Source: a bacterium
Lineage (GTDB): Bacteria > Zhuqueibacterota > Zhuqueibacteria > Oceanimicrobiales > Oceanimicrobiaceae
Length of the DNA: 64,000 nt
Direction of reading: 5' to 3'
Assembly (NCBI GenBank): GCA_046758365.1
Contig: JBHIAC010000003.1
Span: 1-64,000, forward strand
Positions 47,869 through 57,359 of the stretch are shown here, piece by piece. Position 1 is the stretch's first letter. Each line of letters opens with the position of its first letter. The position numbers were made by a program, and so were the translations under genes. The notes beneath the pieces were generated by a model. That model ran no database searches. It saw only the letters and a list, made by a program, of their open reading frames with translations, and was not told where the DNA came from.

Positions 47869-50541
47869 ATGCCTAAATTATTTATTAAAAAAAACGATCA
47901 AGTTATTAAAAAACTATCTGTTCCGGATGGAGTTCTTGCCTTTACCGTTGGCTCTGAACAGGGAAATGATATTATTATAGAAGATGAAAAAATATCATAT
48001 TTTCATTTACAGTTTGAAAAACAAGGAAATGAATATTTCGTTCGAGATTTACAGAGCCAATTGGGTACCTATGTAAATGGTACCAAAATTAATGGCAGAA
48101 CCCTCATAAAAAATAATGATGAAATTGGAGTAGGCCATCATACTATTACTTTCCAAAATCCAAAAGAGACTCCTACACCCTATCTTATATTGGAAGATTA
48201 CGAGTATGAACAATTGCAATCAAATTCTAATCGAAGAATTGAAGATAAAATTGCCAGTGTGCCAGCTCTAACGAAATTAAACTCATGGCTACACGAAGAA
48301 CACGATTCCTTTGAAAGAAAAGGGGATTTTTTTATTGAAAGCGACGAAAAGAATGAAAATGATTCTTTTCTAGATTTTAAAGAAAACAATGAAGCAAGTG
48401 CAAAAGATTCTGAAAGAAATTTTACTGAAAACAACGAATTAGATGACAATGATTCTGTACAAGATTTAATTTATGACAACGAAAACAGTGAAAAAGAGTT
48501 TGCTATAAATATTGAAACCGAAACATTACTTCAAACGGAACAAATACCGACCCCGAAATTAGATGCAAAAGATGACCGTTTAACTTATAAAGAACAACCT
48601 TTAAATGAGACCACTACCCACTATCTCTTAGGGATTTATGGGCCTTATGTTGGGAAAAAATTCAAACTCAAACATCCAGAAACAAGGATTGGTCGGGACC
48701 GCAAATTTAATGATATAGTAATCAGAAAAAATTCTAAAGGTGATCTTGACCAAAGCGTTTCAAGAAGACACGCAACCATAGTATTTGAAAATAATAAATT
48801 CAATGTGATAGATAAAAGAAGTAAAAGCAGAACCTATGTTAATCAGAAAAAACTTGATGTAAACGATAAGGTCTGCATTGTACCAGGGGATGAGATTGAA
48901 ATTTTAAGTGACAAAAAGAGCCATATTTTTAGACTGGTTCGAGAAGGGGATTGGAATTTTTCTTTTCCTAAAAAAGCAGGGAACTGGCATATCAGATACC
49001 GAATGGCTATTTTAAACTTATATTCGATAATCTTTTTTTTGATAGCAGCATTATTTTTTACAAATTCATTCAAAACAAAATATCTAATTTCAAAAAAGCC
49101 TAACCCATTAAAAGTAAAAGAAGCAATATGGCTTTCAGATAAAACCGATACAGAGCTTAGTAGTCCTAAGGATTCATACTTTTCAACTTTTCCAGCCATT
49201 GCAGATCTTAACGGTGACAAAATTATTGATCTGGTTTACATAGATGGCAAAGGGAATTTAATAACCATCAATGGTAAAACTAAGAAGCCTCTTTGGACTA
49301 ATTACGAGTTTCAGGCTTTATCACAAATTCCGGTGACATTAGAAGATTTAAATAACAACAGCCTACCAGATGTGATTGTAGTTTCAAATGATTCACGGAT
49401 ACGAGCGATAGATGGCAATTGGGGGATAGAAATTGGTAAAAGCCCGATTTTAGCTGGCCCGTTAACGGGGCCGCCCGTAGTTGGAGATTTTAATGGCGAT
49501 GGCCTTAAAGATTTAGCAATAGCTACTTTAGAAAATGTAGTATACATCGGATTTTTAAGACTCAAAAATTCTCGCTGGATAAAATTAGATTTTGAGGAAC
49601 CAATTCGTTCCATCGCATCCGCAGATGACCTTACGGGCAATGGCATTCCCAATATATTGATTGGCACGGAAACTGGCAAAATAATAATAATTGATGGTAT
49701 CCACCAAAAAATTCTGGGAGAAGTAAACGTCAATGAAGAACTTAACAAAGCAAGCGGGACTTTTGAACAGGACAACCAAGTTCGATTTCCCACGGCATTT
49801 GGAGACCTTAACGGTGATAATACTACCGACATAATTATTAGTACCATGCAGGGAAACCTAATTGCTTTTAGCGGCACAACGCTCGAAAGAATTTGGTATG
49901 ATCAAACAAGTACAAAATCTTATAGTACTCAAAGTATGAACCAAAGCATTTCATTGGGCGATTTGGATGGAGACAGGCTTTTAGATGTAATAAGTCTTAC
50001 TCCCGAGGGAAAGATTCGTGCCTTAAAAGGTAAAGGGGTAGGCAAGGATAGAAAAATGGTTTTATGGGAGTATCCCATTTCAGAAGTTGGCAATTTTGTG
50101 GGAACCCCGACTTTAGCAGATTTTAACAAGAATAGTACTATGGATGTGGTAGCCGTTGATAAAAATGGAAACTTTTATATTTTTGAAGGTTCCACCGGCG
50201 AAATCCTTTGGAAAAATACAAAAGCAAGCTTGGCTGTATTGAGCTCGCCCCTTATTGGAGATCTTGACAACGATAATTATTTGGACATTTTGGTATTAAA
50301 GTCAGATAGAAGATTTTATAAACTATTAACAAATAGTCTTACATTGGGAAACACGGTAGTCTGGGGTCAAATGTTTGGTAACAGCAGACATACGAACATT
50401 TCTTCACATAGATATCAAAATGCCTCTGTTTATTATTTATATATGGGTATTTCTATTGTTGTAATTCTGGGTTTAATAGGTTTAAATGTTTTGATAAGGA
50501 AAAAAAGAAAAGAATTGAGTTACAGTCATAATATGATGTAA
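47869..50541 (+). CDS. Two FHA domains + TM + FG-GAP beta-propeller + C-terminal TM
   Basis: FHA motifs (IGRD..VSRRHA); many DLNGD/DFNGDG/DLDGD repeats; two hydrophobic helices. Confidence 0.88.
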   Translation: MPKLFIKKNDQVIKKLSVPDGVLAFTVGSEQGNDIIIEDEKISYFHLQFEKQGNEYFVRDLQSQLGTYVNGTKINGRTLIKNNDEIGVGHHTITFQNPKETPTPYLILEDYEYEQLQSNSNRRIEDKIASVPALTKLNSWLHEEHDSFERKGDFFIESDEKNENDSFLDFKENNEASAKDSERNFTENNELDDNDSVQDLIYDNENSEKEFAINIETETLLQTEQIPTPKLDAKDDRLTYKEQPLNETTTHYLLGIYGPYVGKKFKLKHPETRIGRDRKFNDIVIRKNSKGDLDQSVSRRHATIVFENNKFNVIDKRSKSRTYVNQKKLDVNDKVCIVPGDEIEILSDKKSHIFRLVREGDWNFSFPKKAGNWHIRYRMAILNLYSIIFFLIAALFFTNSFKTKYLISKKPNPLKVKEAIWLSDKTDTELSSPKDSYFSTFPAIADLNGDKIIDLVYIDGKGNLITINGKTKKPLWTNYEFQALSQIPVTLEDLNNNSLPDVIVVSNDSRIRAIDGNWGIEIGKSPILAGPLTGPPVVGDFNGDGLKDLAIATLENVVYIGFLRLKNSRWIKLDFEEPIRSIASADDLTGNGIPNILIGTETGKIIIIDGIHQKILGEVNVNEELNKASGTFEQDNQVRFPTAFGDLNGDNTTDIIISTMQGNLIAFSGTTLERIWYDQTSTKSYSTQSMNQSISLGDLDGDRLLDVISLTPEGKIRALKGKGVGKDRKMVLWEYPISEVGNFVGTPTLADFNKNSTMDVVAVDKNGNFYIFEGSTGEILWKNTKASLAVLSSPLIGDLDNDNYLDILVLKSDRRFYKLLTNSLTLGNTVVWGQMFGNSRHTNISSHRYQNASVYYLYMGISIVVILGLIGLNVLIRKKRKELSYSHNMM

Positions 50542-50601
50542 ATAAAGGTCATTAAGAGTATTGAATGGGATGTTATCTGAATTGAATATTCAAAAGTCTT
50601 T

Positions 50602-52014
50602 ATGAAGAAAGATAAAAAAATTCAAGTTACCACGGCTGCTTTCAGTGATGTTGGAAAGATAAGAAAATTTAATGAGGATAGCTACTATATTTCTCAGGAT
50701 GAGAACTTGATAATTGTATGTGATGGCATGGGCGGTCAGGTGGCTGGGGGGTTAGCCAGCAAAATTGCAGTAGAGACCATTAAAGATGTTTTTTACGGCC
50801 TCCAAGAGGAGCAATTAGTAAAAATCATTTCAGATATTGATTTAAAGCTTGGACTCTCAACACGGCGATTGGTTGCGGCTGTAAGGATAGCAAACAGAAG
50901 ACTTTTCAAGATTGCTAGTAAATTCCCCCAACTAAGAGGCATGGGAACAACGGTAGCTGCGCTCACTTTTGATAAAAGCGCAGCCGCAATGGTACATGTA
51001 GGAGACAGCCGTATTTTCCGAATAAGCGATGGAGAAATCCTCCAACTCACTGAAGATCACTCCTGGTTAAATGAACTGATTGAGGACAACGAAATAAATG
51101 AAGAACAGATTGAAACCTTTGGGCAAAAAAATGTAATCACTAGAGCCCTTGGGACTGGGCCTTCTATAAAAATCGACACGCACAGTGAAAAATACAAAAA
51201 GGATGATATTTACATTTTGTGTACCGATGGCCTACACAATTCTGTTGAGAGTGAAGAAATTAAGCGTTTGTTTCAAGAAAAAAATGAAACATTAGAAGAT
51301 CTTATTAAAACATTAATTGAAACAGCAAAAGTTAGAGACGGATCAGATAACATTACAATAGCGGTTGCGAAAATCAAAGAAAATAGTAAAAATACTCAAC
51401 AGGTTGGAATTTCTACTACTATACCAGAAGAAGACGAAAAGGTTTTGTCAAAAGAAGATAAACTCATTCAAGATCACTATGGGGATCCTAAACTTAAATT
51501 AGTTAAAAGACCTCAGCAGTCTATTATAAAAAGTCGAAATATCATGTTGACAGGATTAGCGCTGTCTATGGCATTATTTGGATTTTTCTTAGGGATTATT
51601 TTTCAGCCAATCAAATTAAATTCCAACACTCATAAACTACCATTTTTCTCGGTAACCAAAAATGCGATTTCCACTGAATCCGTAGCATCAAAAAATAAAG
51701 TGGACAAGGTCCCAGCAGAAAAAGCTTCTAAAAAAGTAGTGGTGCAGAAGCCTAACCTTAATCCACTTACGCCTATCAAGCGCTCCAAAGTGAGCCAAGA
51801 TGCGGTTTTAGCTTTTGTATTCTTCAACAGTGTGAATGATTACAATAATGCAATGTTGGCAAAAAGAGGACTTGTGTTAGATAAGTTTTATCCTTACAAA
51901 AATAAAAAAAATAATCTATTTAAGGGAAATTTTTCCATTTTTCTTATTGATTCCTCAAGCAATGTTTTAAGTCAATCAACGGGGATTCAACTTCCACCGA
52001 TTGCAAAAGATTAA
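50602..52014 (+). CDS. PP2C-family Ser/Thr phosphatase (Stp1-like) with TM and C-terminal domain
   Basis: SDVGKIR..NED, VCDGMGG, GMGTT, HVGDSR, CTDGL, GSDNIT. Confidence 0.93.
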   Translation: MKKDKKIQVTTAAFSDVGKIRKFNEDSYYISQDENLIIVCDGMGGQVAGGLASKIAVETIKDVFYGLQEEQLVKIISDIDLKLGLSTRRLVAAVRIANRRLFKIASKFPQLRGMGTTVAALTFDKSAAAMVHVGDSRIFRISDGEILQLTEDHSWLNELIEDNEINEEQIETFGQKNVITRALGTGPSIKIDTHSEKYKKDDIYILCTDGLHNSVESEEIKRLFQEKNETLEDLIKTLIETAKVRDGSDNITIAVAKIKENSKNTQQVGISTTIPEEDEKVLSKEDKLIQDHYGDPKLKLVKRPQQSIIKSRNIMLTGLALSMALFGFFLGIIFQPIKLNSNTHKLPFFSVTKNAISTESVASKNKVDKVPAEKASKKVVVQKPNLNPLTPIKRSKVSQDAVLAFVFFNSVNDYNNAMLAKRGLVLDKFYPYKNKKNNLFKGNFSIFLIDSSSNVLSQSTGIQLPPIAKD

Positions 52015-52115
52015 ACTGGAGTTGTGCGAGCTAAAGAATTTCGGATTATTGTTCAATCTATGAAATAAGATCAATGAGAAAGCCTTTGAGTTTATATAGT
52101 CTATTAACACATTAA

Positions 52116-52514
52116 ATGATTTACATATTATTACCAATTGTTCTTTTATTTGTTTTTCTCGTTATTGGTATCATCTGGTTTACACCAGAATTCCGAGTTA
52201 AGATATTATTAAGGCAAGGGAAAGACCGAAAAGCAAGAAAAATCTTGGAGTATCTTCTTGAGCAAAATCCAGAAAGGATAAATTTATACCGCAAGTTAGG
52301 GCAGATTTATTATTTAGAGAATCGAAGGGATAAAAAGGCATTAAGGGTATTTGAAATTATTATTAAACTAAAAATTCCCTTCCAGTGGCGGGAAGAAATT
52401 TTACCTCTTGTGGCAAAATACTATGTTGATGAGGGGCGAAAAGATTCCGAAGCAATCAAGCTTATTGAAAAAGCTGTTGAAAAAGAGATAAAACAGTTGA
52501 AACGGTACAGTTAA
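52116..52514 (+). CDS. Small membrane-anchored TPR-like protein
   Basis: N-terminal TM; helical repeats; RKDSEAIKLIEKA resembles RKDPQAIQIYEIA in the next gene. Confidence 0.65.
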   Translation: MIYILLPIVLLFVFLVIGIIWFTPEFRVKILLRQGKDRKARKILEYLLEQNPERINLYRKLGQIYYLENRRDKKALRVFEIIIKLKIPFQWREEILPLVAKYYVDEGRKDSEAIKLIEKAVEKEIKQLKRYS

Positions 52515-52558
52515 GATAATGCAAAATAAAGAGGGGCTATCTAAAAAGTTTAACTCTC

Positions 52559-52653
52559 ATGTCATTCTCAGGAGGCATCTTTTTATATTTGGTTAGGGTG
52601 CAGAAAAAGTCACTTCCGTTGCCGTCTACAAAAAGATTCTTTCAGAATGACAT
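52559..52653. repeat. Degenerate REP-like inverted repeat ATGTCATTCT...AGAATGACAT
   Basis: 10-bp perfect arms about 75 bp apart. Confidence 0.55.
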
Positions 52654-52709
52654 CTGGGAGAGCCTATTAGGCTGGGGTCATTTGGAAGAGTTAACATAAT
52701 CGCAATTTT

Positions 52710-55190
52710 ATGCTCACATTAGATGTAAAAAAATACAATAACCTAATAATAATGTTGATGGCCTTGGGAGAGGCCTATTTAGAAAAAGGTCTTTACGCAG
52801 AGGCTGCGAAGAGATATCAACAACTTCTTGAATTTAACGTGGCCAACAAATCCATCTATACCAATTTGAGCAAAGCCTTGATAGGGTTAAAAAAAATTGA
52901 CCATTATGCCCTGGAAGTTTATCAAAAAGCAATACAATATGACCCTAGCAATACGGAATTATATGACATATTGGCCTCTTGTTTTTTAAACGAGGCCCGG
53001 AAGGATCCGCAAGCCATTCAAATTTATGAGATAGCCTTAAAATACGAAACTCCAATTTTTAATCAATTAGCCGATCACTTAGGGTCTTTATATTTTAAAA
53101 AAAGGGATTTTTTAAAATGCAAGGTAGTTACAGAAAAACTTTTTCAAAAATCAGGCTTCCAATCAAGGCCTTTTTCTTTATTTTTACAGAGTTGTTGGAA
53201 GACTGGAAAGTTTAATGATGCTATCACTCAAATAAAAAGATTAATTGATACATCGGAAAACAAAAAAATTCTATTAAAATATCTGTGCATCACTTACTTA
53301 GAAAAAAAATTTGTTGGAGAAATTAAAAGTCAAAGAGTAAGATTCAGCTACTTAGACCGACATTTAGTAGCAGATTATATAAACAAAAATTCCTGTTTTA
53401 ATCAATTACAAGACCTTAGCCTTTATCTTGAATTAAAAAGATTTTTAATAGAAAAAGAGCATTGGGGTGGGCTTTATCCATTTTCTGAGGAAGAAAAAGA
53501 AAGTGTGTATGTTTATCAATCTTTGGAGAGCTCTCCCGAGGCAAAGGAAAATGTAGGACATTTATCATTTAACTTATCCAATGAAATCCTTGAAAGATTA
53601 AGTTCATTTGAAACATTAACTGGCCGCAGCATCGGATCACATTCTACTTTAACTTATGAAGATTTTAAAAAAGAAGGGGCAGCGATTTTCTCCAAATCCG
53701 AAAGAGAGACCAGAAAATGGGGTCTTCCAGAAAACGCTGAAATTTTAATAACCATTGAATTTTCAAATTATGACCACCTCCGTTTAAATTTCGGAATGGA
53801 CCTGGTGCAGCAAATAAGGAAGAAGCTGTATGTCATTTTAACGGATTATTTAGAAAAATTCAATTTAACGCATATCTGGGGAACTTCTAATGGACTGCTC
53901 ATTTTTGCCAGTGATATCTTGACTGCGGTTTCCTTTTCTGTGGAAATGCTGAATAAATTGAATCGATACAATGTTGTAAGCAACGCCCAAGAAGAAATTC
54001 ATTTGACTATTGGAATACATCATGCCAGGGAGGGTTTAGGGGTAAAAAGTGAACAAACATTAAAAGAGCTCTGCACAGGTCTAAAAGTAGGCCTTGTAAG
54101 TGAAAGAGACCTATCTTCAGAAGACCGAGCGGTATATAGTAAAATATTCCAAAGAAGTGATAGAATTTTTTTAAGCGGCAAAGCCTATAGAGAGATAAAA
54201 AGTTCAAACAGGTTCAAGGTACATTCTATTGGTCAATTTAGACTAAGGTATCTCAAAGAAAGTTTAAGCCTCCATCAAGTAGTATGGAGGAATCCTTTAG
54301 ATGATTTGAAATTTGGATTTATTAAAAAATTAGGGCGGTTTGACCTTTTAGCTGACATCGGTGGTAAAGGCGTTTTTAAAGTTTTTAAGGCAAAAGATTC
54401 AGTACTTCAAAGATTTGTCATTCTTAAAGTAGTTCAGTCAGAAGTATTTAACTCAGTTCCACCAAACAATCAGCAAAAGGTAGCTTTCTATCAATTAGCC
54501 AAAAATCTTGGCCAGATGAGTCATCCTAATATTGCTAATATTTATGAAGTGGATGAAGACCAGGCTCTTACCTACATGGCTCGAGAATTTGTTGAAGGAA
54601 TCCCGATTACAGAGATCTTTAGAAACTCAACTCAATTTAATCCAGAAAGGCTAGTACAGATAATTTATCAGATTTGCAAAGGCTTACAATACAGTCACCG
54701 ATTTGGATATTATCATTACAATCTGAAGCCCAGTAATATTCGAGTCGGGTTAAATGATAAAACCAAGATAATGGATTTCCTCATCCCAAGGACCTTGTTT
54801 GAGGACTATGAAAAATTCGAAGAAAACCAAGACCAAATTTATTATTTGTCACCAGAGCAAATCCATGGAAAACAGGGGGATGGTAGAAGCGATATATTTT
54901 CTTTGGGCACCATCTTGTATCAAATAGTAACGCGAATTAATCCATTTGCAGGTAGAGTAAATAAGGACATTGCTGAAGCTATATTATATAAAATTCCACC
55001 ATCGCCAAGTGAATTAAACAACCAGATTCCAGAATTCTTTGATGCTTTTATTCAAAAATGTATAGCAAAAAATCCAGAAAATAGGTTTCAATCAGTAAAT
55101 CAAATGGTCGCGTTATTAAAAAAGAAATTTGAGCGAGTCATACTTTCTAATTTCAATTATCAAATTTCCCAGTCCAGGGATTCTATTTGA
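52710..55190 (+). CDS. TPR + degenerate class III cyclase-like domain + Ser/Thr pseudokinase
   Basis: TPR N-terminus; HLTIGIH and IFLS..AY..GQFRL cyclase-fold motifs without catalytic Asps; kinase with HYNLKPSN and DFL. Confidence 0.75.
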   Translation: MLTLDVKKYNNLIIMLMALGEAYLEKGLYAEAAKRYQQLLEFNVANKSIYTNLSKALIGLKKIDHYALEVYQKAIQYDPSNTELYDILASCFLNEARKDPQAIQIYEIALKYETPIFNQLADHLGSLYFKKRDFLKCKVVTEKLFQKSGFQSRPFSLFLQSCWKTGKFNDAITQIKRLIDTSENKKILLKYLCITYLEKKFVGEIKSQRVRFSYLDRHLVADYINKNSCFNQLQDLSLYLELKRFLIEKEHWGGLYPFSEEEKESVYVYQSLESSPEAKENVGHLSFNLSNEILERLSSFETLTGRSIGSHSTLTYEDFKKEGAAIFSKSERETRKWGLPENAEILITIEFSNYDHLRLNFGMDLVQQIRKKLYVILTDYLEKFNLTHIWGTSNGLLIFASDILTAVSFSVEMLNKLNRYNVVSNAQEEIHLTIGIHHAREGLGVKSEQTLKELCTGLKVGLVSERDLSSEDRAVYSKIFQRSDRIFLSGKAYREIKSSNRFKVHSIGQFRLRYLKESLSLHQVVWRNPLDDLKFGFIKKLGRFDLLADIGGKGVFKVFKAKDSVLQRFVILKVVQSEVFNSVPPNNQQKVAFYQLAKNLGQMSHPNIANIYEVDEDQALTYMAREFVEGIPITEIFRNSTQFNPERLVQIIYQICKGLQYSHRFGYYHYNLKPSNIRVGLNDKTKIMDFLIPRTLFEDYEKFEENQDQIYYLSPEQIHGKQGDGRSDIFSLGTILYQIVTRINPFAGRVNKDIAEAILYKIPPSPSELNNQIPEFFDAFIQKCIAKNPENRFQSVNQMVALLKKKFERVILSNFNYQISQSRDSI

Positions 55191-55229
55191 TATAGAAAAT
55201 TTAATTCAATTTAATTTTTAAAAAACTAC

Positions 55230-55313
55230 ATGGTCTTATCAGCAACAATGAAAGCTCTATTAATCAGGTTATTGGAATCCATGATAAAGAACCGGCCGCC
55301 GCCGGACCGGTAA
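55230..55313 (+). CDS. Putative leader peptide ending in RPPPDR
   Basis: MVLSATMKALLIRLLESMIKNRPPPDR*; GC-rich end within AT-rich DNA; followed by GGAGGTGAT. Confidence 0.4.
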   Translation: MVLSATMKALLIRLLESMIKNRPPPDR

Positions 55314-55538
55314 GGGAGGTGATAGAGAAATAATCGGTGGATAGTTCAGCAAAAAATGTAATAATTTGGACAAATGAATACATTTCTATATCATTTCTAA
55401 ATAAACGAACTGTAGCCGCGAATTCCCTTTGTCACTTGAAATGATAGATGGTGTTTTAATGTATTCAATGTCTAAGGGTTAATATCAAATAAAATAATAA
55501 TAAAATTTTATAACCTAACTGATTTAGGAGGTTCAACC

Positions 55539-55937
55539 ATGGGACAACAACAACTTTTACTCTTAGTGCTCAGCGCTATCATTGTTGGCGTATCGGTCGT
55601 GATCGGAATTAATATGTTTTCACAAAGTGCCGGCCAGGCCAACCAGGACGCTGTTTTGCAGGACATCATGACCATTTCATCAAGAGCGCAAGAATGGTAT
55701 CGCAAACCAACTTTACTGGGTGGTGGTGGTCGTACTTTTGTGGGTATGACTCTTGCCGACCTTAATTTCGTTACTCCTAACAACAATGGTTCCTATACGT
55801 TAAGTGGTCTGCAAGTGGATCAATTTACGGTTACCGGTTTGGGGCTTGAAGATCAAGACAATGATGGAAACCCACTACAAATACAAGTAGTCGTGGAAGC
55901 AGACACCGTTAATACACCAACATTTCTTAATAGGTAA
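55539..55937 (+). CDS. Atypical type IV pilin (MG|QQQLLL type), probable major pilin
   Basis: Minimal leader plus about 20-aa hydrophobic helix, A.RAQEWYRKP..LGGGG; strong RBS AGGAGG; first gene of the pil operon; hairpin downstream. Confidence 0.75.
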   Translation: MGQQQLLLLVLSAIIVGVSVVIGINMFSQSAGQANQDAVLQDIMTISSRAQEWYRKPTLLGGGGRTFVGMTLADLNFVTPNNNGSYTLSGLQVDQFTVTGLGLEDQDNDGNPLQIQVVVEADTVNTPTFLNR

Positions 55938-55950
55938 AAACAATATATTG

Positions 55951-55980
55951 GGCGGGTAATTTTGCATAAAACTACCCGCC
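55951..55980 (+). terminator. Hairpin after the pilin gene (attenuator or mRNA stabiliser)
   Basis: GGCGGGTA..TTTT/AAAA..TACCCGCC stem with weak T-tract. Confidence 0.7.
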
Positions 55981-56013
55981 TTACACATAATAATGCAAAC
56001 TGAGTAGGCACTG

Positions 56014-57357
56014 ATGCCAGAATACCGATATATTGGCGTTAACGTAAACGGGAAACCCCTTCAAGGGACTATTTTCAGCCCGGATGGCAAAACTGTTAAG
56101 AAAAAAATAAAAGAGATTATCCAAACCAAAGGTATCCGGGTAGATGTGATTCAAAAGAAATCGACCTATATTTATAAGGTGCAGAAGGGACTCGATAAAC
56201 CTTATACTGGCGAACAAAAAGCGTTTAGCAAAGAGGAGGTACAGAAGGCATTAATCAAGATGGGCTATAGAATCCACTATATAAGAAAAAAGTGGTTAGA
56301 TTTTAATTTTAGAGTCCCTTCAGATGATTTGGTTTTGTTCATACGAATTTGTGCGGATCTGCTGCGAGAAAAATTTCCTTACGATGAAATATTAACGATG
56401 GTAGCCAACGATACTGAAAATAATAAACTCCGTGAGACCATCCGCGACATTCAAAAAGATTTGAAAGCTGGTGAGGAAGGACAGCGGGTTTACGGGAAAC
56501 ATGTCGAGGTGCTGGGAAGATTTACAGCCCACATGTTAGCCGTGGCTTCGACCAGCGGCAACATGGCCGCAATTTATGAAAGTACCGCCAAATTTTTAGA
56601 AAGGGAAGCAGAATTTAAAAGAAATTTAAGAACTATTTTATACATGCCCACAGTAGTAACTTTAGCAATGATTGCTGCTATGGGATTTTATGTCATGTAT
56701 ATTTTCCCCAAAATGACAGGTCTCTTATCAAAATACAAAATTGATCTTCCGCCCATGACCAAAGCAACTATGGAAGTAAGCCATTTCCTTCAGAATTATT
56801 ATATAATCCTCGTGATCTTAATTGCTGTTCCAATCATACTTTTTATTCAATGGGCACGAACTGAAAGAGGAAAATATATTATTGACCGAACCTTACTTCG
56901 GCTACCTTTAATTGGATCTGTTCTCCAAAAAACCAGCATTGAAATATTTTCTAGGGTCTTCTACGCTCTATACAGCAGTTCCGGTGAAAATATTACTGCC
57001 ATCAAGATTGCTGCCGAATCGTGCAGAAATAAGTATATTGAAAAGCAAATTGTTGGTATGGTAATACCGAGAATGTTAAAAGAAGGTAAAAGCTTTGTTG
57101 AATGCCTTTCGCGTGCAAATTGCTTTGCCTTAAATGCTATTCGAAGACTTAAATCTGGAGAAGAATCCGGTACGCTGCGGGAAAGCGCTTTACAACTTGC
57201 TAACTATTATGAAAAAGAGACTTCCCACAAGATGAAAAGACTGGTGGATATGATTAACATAATTATTTCTTTTATCATTACAATATTGATAATAGGGTTA
57301 ACTTTAGTTTCATCAGAAATTGGATTTGTTAGTCCACCTTCACCGCTCATGAGATAA
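56014..57357 (+). CDS. pilC: Type IV pilus platform protein (PilC/GspF family)
   Basis: MPEYRYIG start, two T2SSF-like domains (SGNMA.., GEESGTL..LANYYE), LYMP..DLPPMTK. Confidence 0.85.
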   Translation: MPEYRYIGVNVNGKPLQGTIFSPDGKTVKKKIKEIIQTKGIRVDVIQKKSTYIYKVQKGLDKPYTGEQKAFSKEEVQKALIKMGYRIHYIRKKWLDFNFRVPSDDLVLFIRICADLLREKFPYDEILTMVANDTENNKLRETIRDIQKDLKAGEEGQRVYGKHVEVLGRFTAHMLAVASTSGNMAAIYESTAKFLEREAEFKRNLRTILYMPTVVTLAMIAAMGFYVMYIFPKMTGLLSKYKIDLPPMTKATMEVSHFLQNYYIILVILIAVPIILFIQWARTERGKYIIDRTLLRLPLIGSVLQKTSIEIFSRVFYALYSSSGENITAIKIAAESCRNKYIEKQIVGMVIPRMLKEGKSFVECLSRANCFALNAIRRLKSGEESGTLRESALQLANYYEKETSHKMKRLVDMINIIISFIITILIIGLTLVSSEIGFVSPPSPLMR

Positions 57358-57359
57358 CT

